The notes beneath the pieces are model-generated. The model searched no databases, was not told the origin of the DNA, and worked only from the letters and a program-made list of their open reading frames with translations. The position numbers and the translations under genes are program-made. 64,000 nt of DNA from NCBI GenBank assembly GCA_013360215.1, contig JABWCP010000003.1, positions 1 through 64,000 of the forward strand. Direction: 5' to 3'. This document shows, one piece after another, positions 58,288 to 64,000 of this stretch. Every line of letters begins with the position of its first letter. The stretch's first letter is position 1. The stretch is from a bacterium. Its GTDB lineage: Bacteria; CLD3; SB21.

Positions 58288-59173
58288 ACGAACCGTTTAC
58301 ATCACCAATCCTTTTCACATCAGTTGCCGTCTGAAACAACTGATATTGACACCTAAAGAGGATGGTAAAGAAACTACCATGCCCGTCGAAGATTTGGGTT
58401 TTGTGATATTGGATCATCCTAATACGACCATCACATTGGCCGCTTTGCAGGAACTTCAAGCCAATAACACGGCGGTGATTGTCTGCGATGCAAAGCATCT
58501 TCCTGCCGGATTACTATTGCCATTAGAAGGACATTATCTGCATAGTGAACGATTAGCGACTCAAATACAAGCTTCAGAACCGCTCAAAAAACAACTGTGG
58601 CAATATACCATCAAATACAAAATACGAAATCAAGCTAAACTTTTAGAAAGCTTGGGGTATCCGTTTGAAGCGGTAAAACGTCATGCAGACGAGGTCAAAA
58701 GCGGCGATACTTCAGGAGAGGAAGCCAAAGCGTCGCGTCATTATTGGAAAAATTTATTTCCGAATATGGACTTTCGGCGCGATCCTGACGGTGCATGGCC
58801 TAATGCCGCGCTTAACTACGGATATGCTATTTTGCGTGCTGCGGTCGCCCGTGCTCTTGTGGGCAATGGATTGCTTCCGGCACTTGGGATTTTTCATCAC
58901 AATCGGTACAATGCCTATCCATTGGCGGATGATATGATGGAGCCTTATCGTCCTTTTATAGACAGCTGTATTGTTGAAATTATCAACGACATGCGGGATA
59001 CAACCGAACTTAATAGAGAAATCAAAGCGCGGTTGATACATACCCTATCATCGGATGTAAAAATGCTGGGCGAGAGAAGTCCCATGTTAGTGGCCATCGA
59101 AAGAACGGCCACGTCGCTCTCAAAAAGTTATGAAGAAAACATACGACAGCTTCTCTATCCTGAAATGAATTGA
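58280..59173 (+). CDS. cas1: CRISPR-associated integrase Cas1 (type II)
   Basis: PVEDLG, E...S..YW..LF, NAALNYGYAILR, GIFHHN, LADDMMEPYRP. Confidence 0.96.
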   Translation: MLKRTVYITNPFHISCRLKQLILTPKEDGKETTMPVEDLGFVILDHPNTTITLAALQELQANNTAVIVCDAKHLPAGLLLPLEGHYLHSERLATQIQASEPLKKQLWQYTIKYKIRNQAKLLESLGYPFEAVKRHADEVKSGDTSGEEAKASRHYWKNLFPNMDFRRDPDGAWPNAALNYGYAILRAAVARALVGNGLLPALGIFHHNRYNAYPLADDMMEPYRPFIDSCIVEIINDMRDTTELNREIKARLIHTLSSDVKMLGERSPMLVAIERTATSLSKSYEENIRQLLYPEMN

Positions 59174-59199
59174 CCGCTTAATCATTGACGAGCCGCACT

Positions 59200-59538
59200 A
59201 TGCAGTTCGACCGAATTAATGCGTACCGAGTTATGTGGGTTTTTGTTTTTTTTGATCTCCCTACCGAAACTAAACCTGAGCGCAAAGCCCATGCGCAGTT
59301 TCGTAAAGAATTGATGAAAGACGGCTTTACGATGATGCAATTTTCAGTGTATGTGCGTCACTGCGCCAGCGCAGAAAGCGCGGAAGCGCATATTCGTCGC
59401 GTCAAAGCTTTTATGCCCAAAAAAGGCCATGTCAGTATTTTGCGTATTACCGATAAGCAGTACGGAGATATACTCAATATCTGGGGCGCCAAAACCGAAC
59501 CACTTGAATCACCGCCTGCCCAGTTGGAATTTTTCTAA
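59200..59538 (+). CDS. cas2: CRISPR-associated Cas2
   Basis: AYRVMWVFVFFDLPT, FRKELMKDGF.M.QFSVY.R, ITDKQY, QLEFF. Confidence 0.96.
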   Translation: MQFDRINAYRVMWVFVFFDLPTETKPERKAHAQFRKELMKDGFTMMQFSVYVRHCASAESAEAHIRRVKAFMPKKGHVSILRITDKQYGDILNIWGAKTEPLESPPAQLEFF

Positions 59539-59608
59539 CAATTTTTCGCCAAAAGCACAAAATAAGCCGACGTCTTAGTTTCGCAGTAATTCAAAAAATT
59601 AAAAAAAG

Positions 59609-59646
59609 AAAAAGATGCCCTTTATTGCAAAAAGAGCATCTTTTTT
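59609..59646. terminator. Bidirectional terminator between the cas operon and the oppositely transcribed array
   Basis: AAAAAGATGC...GCATCTTTTT flanked by A and T runs. Confidence 0.7.
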
Positions 59647-59707
59647 CATTTTTAAACGATATTTAAGCCCTCTAAGTCGAACGATTGTGTGAGTTACAAT
59701 CACATCG

Positions 59708-62182
59708 AATATCGTTCATACACCTTTGAAATCAAACCACAACCGGCTTGCCCATTGCTCAACATTACGCTTTAATATCGTTCATACACCTTTGAAATCA
59801 AACCACAACGATTTTTTTGGCAATCGCTGTTTTAGGCTTAATATCGTTCATACACCTTTGAAATCAAACCACAACAGAGTGCGTTATTTGACGGTTGTTT
59901 CCCTCAATATCGTTCATACACCTTTGAAATCAAACCACAACTGTTTGATTCTTTAAGTTGCGTTATCGTAGAATATCGTTCATACACCTTTGAAATCAAA
60001 CCACAACCTTCAGTTTGCGATTCAAATGTTTCCGATGAATATCGTTCATACACCTTTGAAATCAAACCACAACAGTACTCATGCCGTCGTTCCGGTTAAA
60101 CCGAATATCGTTCATACACCTTTGAAATCAAACCACAACTAAAGTCCAGTATCTATCGTTTCCGCCGTCAATATCGTTCATACACCTTTGAAATCAAACC
60201 ACAACAACGCTGGGCTTTAAAGGTTTATACGATGCAATATCGTTCATACACCTTTGAAATCAAACCACAACGATAGCCATTCTAAATCGTTTCACGTTTC
60301 TAATATCGTTCATACACCTTTGAAATCAAACCACAACAAACGGCAAGGAAAGTAATACAAGAATATAAATATCGTTCATACACCTTTGAAATCAAACCAC
60401 AACCCGATCAGGCTTTTGTATTCGGCGTCTGCCAATATCGTTCATACACCTTTGAAATCAAACCACAACAGACCACTTTCCGGCTATTTTATCGGTTATA
60501 ATATCGTTCATACACCTTTGAAATCAAACCACAACACAATACCTTCAGCAATGCTGGCAGCCTTTAATATCGTTCATACACCTTTGAAATCAAACCACAA
60601 CAGACAGTGTGCGTGAGACAACCGTAGAAGAAATATCGTTCATACACCTTTGAAATCAAACCACAACCAGTTTGTACATCCTGCGGTGCGGCGGTGAAAT
60701 ATCGTTCATACACCTTTGAAATCAAACCACAACATTGTGATACGGACAGTATTTTTACTCCTAAATATCGTTCATACACCTTTGAAATCAAACCACAACG
60801 TGAAAAAGATTTATCCAAAGAACGGTTTAAATATCGTTCATACACCTTTGAAATCAAACCACAACTGTCCATGTCTGTGAGTTAAAGTCAAATCAAATAT
60901 CGTTCATACACCTTTGAAATCAAACCACAACGCTATTCATGACTATAAATTTGCTCGGTTGAATATCGTTCATACACCTTTGAAATCAAACCACAACTGT
61001 TCGTGTCGGCTTAAAAAACGGTACGGTAATATCGTTCATACACCTTTGAAATCAAACCACAACCTTTTAACAGCTTGCCTATAATGACAAGCTAATATCG
61101 TTCATACACCTTTGAAATCAAACCACAACTTGAGCGCCTATCAGAATGTTGTCAGGATAAATATCGTTCATACACCTTTGAAATCAAACCACAACCTCCA
61201 CGCAGGGAGTTTGCCGGACTCTTTGAATATCGTTCATACACCTTTGAAATCAAACCACAACAACCGGCAATAAAAGACCTTAGTGAGAGCGAATATCGTT
61301 CATACACCTTTGAAATCAAACCACAACAGATCCGGAAACAGGAAAAATGGTTCACTTAATATCGTTCATACACCTTTGAAATCAAACCACAACTGAACGT
61401 AGCCGCTGGTGTGCACGATATGCAATATCGTTCATACACCTTTGAAATCAAACCACAACCGAAGTCGTTGCAGTGAATCAGGTACGTCTAATATCGTTCA
61501 TACACCTTTGAAATCAAACCACAACTCACTTAGATTCGGCCCGGCTTGTCCAAATAATATCGTTCATACACCTTTGAAATCAAACCACAACCCAACCGTG
61601 CAATTCGTCGCCATCTTTACAATATCGTTCATACACCTTTGAAATCAAACCACAACCGACCAATGCGATCATCATTATGATTGTGAAATATCGTTCATAC
61701 ACCTTTGAAATCAAACCACAACCACGCGACGTGGTTACCGATAGTGTCGCGAATATCGTTCATACACCTTTGAAATCAAACCACAACTGATATAGGTGCA
61801 TCATAACTTTATATACGAATATCGTTCATACACCTTTGAAATCAAACCACAACTATTCATCGCGTGATACGTCGCTCATACTCAATATCGTTCATACACC
61901 TTTGAAATCAAACCACAACAGTCCTTCAGTCCACGATACATTCATAGTAAATATCGTTCATACACCTTTGAAATCAAACCACAACCGTGAGGAAATCATC
62001 GCCATGATGGACGCTAATATCGTTCATACACCTTTGAAATCAAACCACAACCCACCACGCTTCTCTACATCGCGCGATAAAATATCGTTCATACACCTTT
62101 GAAATCAAACCACAACCAGAAGCAATTGAACTTAAAGCGCACATTGAATATCGTTCATACACCTTTGAAATCAAACCACAAC
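59708..62182 (-). CRISPR. CRISPR array: 38 identical 36-bp repeats, 37 spacers (34 of 30 bp, 3 of 29 bp)
   Basis: Repeat on + strand AATATCGTTCATACACCTTTGAAATCAAACCACAAC (GTTGTGGTTTGATTTCAAAGGTGTATGAACGATATT on -); orientation inferred from tracrRNA complementarity. Confidence 0.98.
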
Positions 62183-62212
62183 CGTGTAACTATAAATAAA
62201 TTATTCTTTGTA

Positions 62213-62248
62213 AAGATCGCTCAAAGATTATCGAAATTAAACAACAAA
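62213..62248 (-). repeat. Degenerate terminal CRISPR repeat
   Basis: AAGATCGCTCAAAGATTATCGAAATTAAACAACAAA: 25/36 identical to the repeat, ungapped, exactly 30 bp after the last perfect repeat. Confidence 0.8.
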
Positions 62249-62282
62249 ATACTTTTGTTTATCTCACCGAAGCATTCCCAAT

Positions 62283-62316
62283 AAAAAAACCGCGCGGTCT
62301 CCCGAGCGGTTTTTTT
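62283..62316 (-). terminator. Terminator of the boxB-like gene (bidirectional form)
   Basis: AAAAAAACCGC...GCGGTTTTTTT. Confidence 0.75.
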
Positions 62317-62338
62317 AACGAGAAAAATATTAATCGGA

Positions 62339-63475
62339 TCAGGCTTCCGCACCTTTGAAAGGTTTGAATTCGATCCAGTCATTTTCTTTGAAAATGTCTT
62401 TCAACAGTTCACGATCTTTATCAGTGGGCAATACCGTTTCGCGATAGGTCTTGTATTGCTCTTCACTCAAAAGACGACCGTCCACTGTGTACGGCTGTTT
62501 GGCATGCAGACCGATGCTGCGGTTAAACTTTACATCGGGCACGATCAATTTGGGCATTTCGCGAGGGATCAGAGTATTCATGTCCTCCACGAGTTTGCTG
62601 ATCTCGGCGATATACAGATCGCGTGCAAGCTGATTGAGTTTGTCTTTCTGCACTTCTTCATCCGTCTCATGTTCATTAAAACGACCTTTGAGACCCCATA
62701 CATATGCCCAGTGCGCGTTGGACGAATTATCCGTTCCGAAAAGATCGTAGGCGGTAGGAACCCATTTGTTAAAATATTTCTGAATAATCTCGACCGGTAT
62801 TTTGCCCGCTTTGATGATACGCTTGAGGCCGTTATTACCTGTGCCAAGGTGAAATGATTCTTCTTTGAGCATAGGATTCATACTCATCGAGAGCGGCATA
62901 AATGCCGAATGGCTCAGCATTTTGAGCTGAAACTTACCGTCCCGATCAATGAATTCGGTATAGGTGTAAAGATCGAGCCAGTTTTCCATCACTTCATTAA
63001 ATGAACCCAGTAACCGTTTTTGTTCAAACGCACGGCGCTCCAGGAGTTTCATCGCTTCTTTGCGGCCGGCATCGCCGAAGTGCGTCACTAAGATGTGACT
63101 CATTTGCCAACCGTGGCGCATTTCTTCCGCGTTAATACGCATCAGCGCATAGAGATCGTAATCGCTGGGCGCACGATCCACCAGATACCGCTGCTGTTCG
63201 ACCGAGGCAAATTCCGTATCGCCTTGGAATACGATCAACTGCTGCAACGCATCGCGAATACCCTGATTGGGTATGTCCAGCACGCGTTCCCACTTACGAT
63301 CACCTCTAAAATCGCCGAATTCGATTTCGTTGTACTTCAGCGCTTCGTACTTGGGTTCCAATTTGTAGTTGGGAAGAAACCGCTTAAAAGTTTTTTCATC
63401 ATAGCCGATGTCTTTTTTCCATTCTTGGAAAAGATCAATCCAATCGTCAAATGTGGAAACCTGTGCTTTGATCAT
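62339..63475 (-). CDS. Di-iron aryl-CoA epoxidase, BoxB/PaaA family
   Basis: QGDTEFASVEQQ, EEMRH, DRDGKFQL, EESFH carboxylate-His di-iron motifs. Confidence 0.85.
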   Translation of the reverse strand: MIKAQVSTFDDWIDLFQEWKKDIGYDEKTFKRFLPNYKLEPKYEALKYNEIEFGDFRGDRKWERVLDIPNQGIRDALQQLIVFQGDTEFASVEQQRYLVDRAPSDYDLYALMRINAEEMRHGWQMSHILVTHFGDAGRKEAMKLLERRAFEQKRLLGSFNEVMENWLDLYTYTEFIDRDGKFQLKMLSHSAFMPLSMSMNPMLKEESFHLGTGNNGLKRIIKAGKIPVEIIQKYFNKWVPTAYDLFGTDNSSNAHWAYVWGLKGRFNEHETDEEVQKDKLNQLARDLYIAEISKLVEDMNTLIPREMPKLIVPDVKFNRSIGLHAKQPYTVDGRLLSEEQYKTYRETVLPTDKDRELLKDIFKENDWIEFKPFKGAEA

Positions 63476-63510
63476 AACGCGGCCTTTCGGTTAGGAGTTA
63501 TTTATGTGAA

Positions 63511-64000
63511 TTATGATTGTAAATTCTTTTGTAAGAAACCGCTCAGAAAAATATCCACCATCTGCTTGGAAATACGGGCGATATTAGTGGTATTGTGGGT
63601 ACGTTTTTTGGGATTGTACCACGTATAAGTCCAGTTCATCATACCGAAAAGAGCCAACGCGGCAATTTTGATCTCCGGCGTCGTCCGACGGGCAGATTTG
63701 TTGTTTTTGGAGATTACCATTTCGGAGAGTATGGTTTCTAAAATTTTAAGATAATTTTTCTTCTTTTCATTAATAATGCGATGATACTCTCCGGTCAGCG
63801 AATCGCTCTCCAACGCGAGTATTTTCATAGCGTCAAGGTGCGTGACAAAATAGAGCAAATGATTTTGAACGAGGATGTGCAGTTTCAACACCGGATCGTG
63901 GACGTGTGCAAGTTTTTCGTGCAGCGAACCGATAACCGAGTTAAATGAGTACTGCGAAATCAAAAACAAAAGCTCTTCTTTAGTTTTAAAATAATAATAC
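63511..64000 (-). CDS. TetR family regulator (KstR2/PaaR-like), 5' end outside the window
   Basis: Frame extends to the window end as YYYFKTKEELLF (TetR HTH); GMMNWTYTWYNP C-terminal motif. Confidence 0.85.
   Translation of the reverse strand, partial: YYYFKTKEELLFLISQYSFNSVIGSLHEKLAHVHDPVLKLHILVQNHLLYFVTHLDAMKILALESDSLTGEYHRIINEKKKNYLKILETILSEMVISKNNKSARRTTPEIKIAALALFGMMNWTYTWYNPKKRTHNTTNIARISKQMVDIFLSGFLQKNLQS

Noticed and set aside
58288-59707. cas4 or csn2 (types II-B/II-A), or an extra accessory gene
   Set aside because: No room or ORF: only cas1, cas2 and a 169-bp leader-like region
61723-61751. Spacer with internal hairpin CGCGAC/GTCGCG
   Set aside because: A single 6-bp stem among 37 spacers is unremarkable
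62183-62212. Relic terminal spacer as a self-targeting guide against the cas promoter
   Set aside because: Only a 9-nt AT-rich match (TAAATAAAT near 54671), outside the seed; expected by chance
59726-62284. Repetitive ORFs (MKSNHN..., CGLISKVYERY) in the ORF track
   Set aside because: Artefacts of translating the 66-bp CRISPR period
62183-62338. attR (tRNA-Leu 3' duplication) closing the CRISPR island
   Set aside because: No copy of the tRNA 3' end was seen and there is no integrase

Overview
This 64-kb window is mostly core chromosome of a diderm bacterium. The lptC-lptA-lptB-rpoN block, DUF2851, DUF1573 and a Bacteroidetes-style Cas2 and repeat suggest an FCB-group relative (inference). 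Left to right: (1) a SAM methyltransferase and a fatty-acid desaturase; (2) an unusual respiratory operon of Rieske protein, cytochrome b, a CydA-like protein with a fused c-type heme and a second CydA-like membrane protein, with no cytochrome c1/f gene; (3) DedA, a neutral-sphingomyelinase-like EEP enzyme and an aldehyde dehydrogenase; (4) a fused E2-E1 2-oxoglutarate dehydrogenase (Kgd/OdhA type), bcp, a eukaryote-like NDH-2 and a DinG with an apparently dead exonuclease domain; (5) assorted metabolic and housekeeping genes; (6) a secreted tandem Tudor/chromo-barrel protein, tadA, a PAS/TPR/hybrid-kinase cluster, MMPL, Slt and DUF2851; (7) tRNA-Leu(CAA). Directly after the tRNA lies a complete, AT-richer type II-C CRISPR-Cas9 locus: tracrRNA with promoter and terminator, a compact cas9 (~1103 aa), cas1, cas2, and 38 identical 36-bp repeats plus a degenerate 39th. 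The array appears to be transcribed antisense to the cas genes, each repeat carries a -35/-10-like promoter, and the best candidate cas9 promoter reads antisense through the whole tracrRNA. The window ends with a BoxB/PaaA-family di-iron enzyme and a partial TetR regulator. All calls are by eye from motifs; no database searches or folding programs were run.
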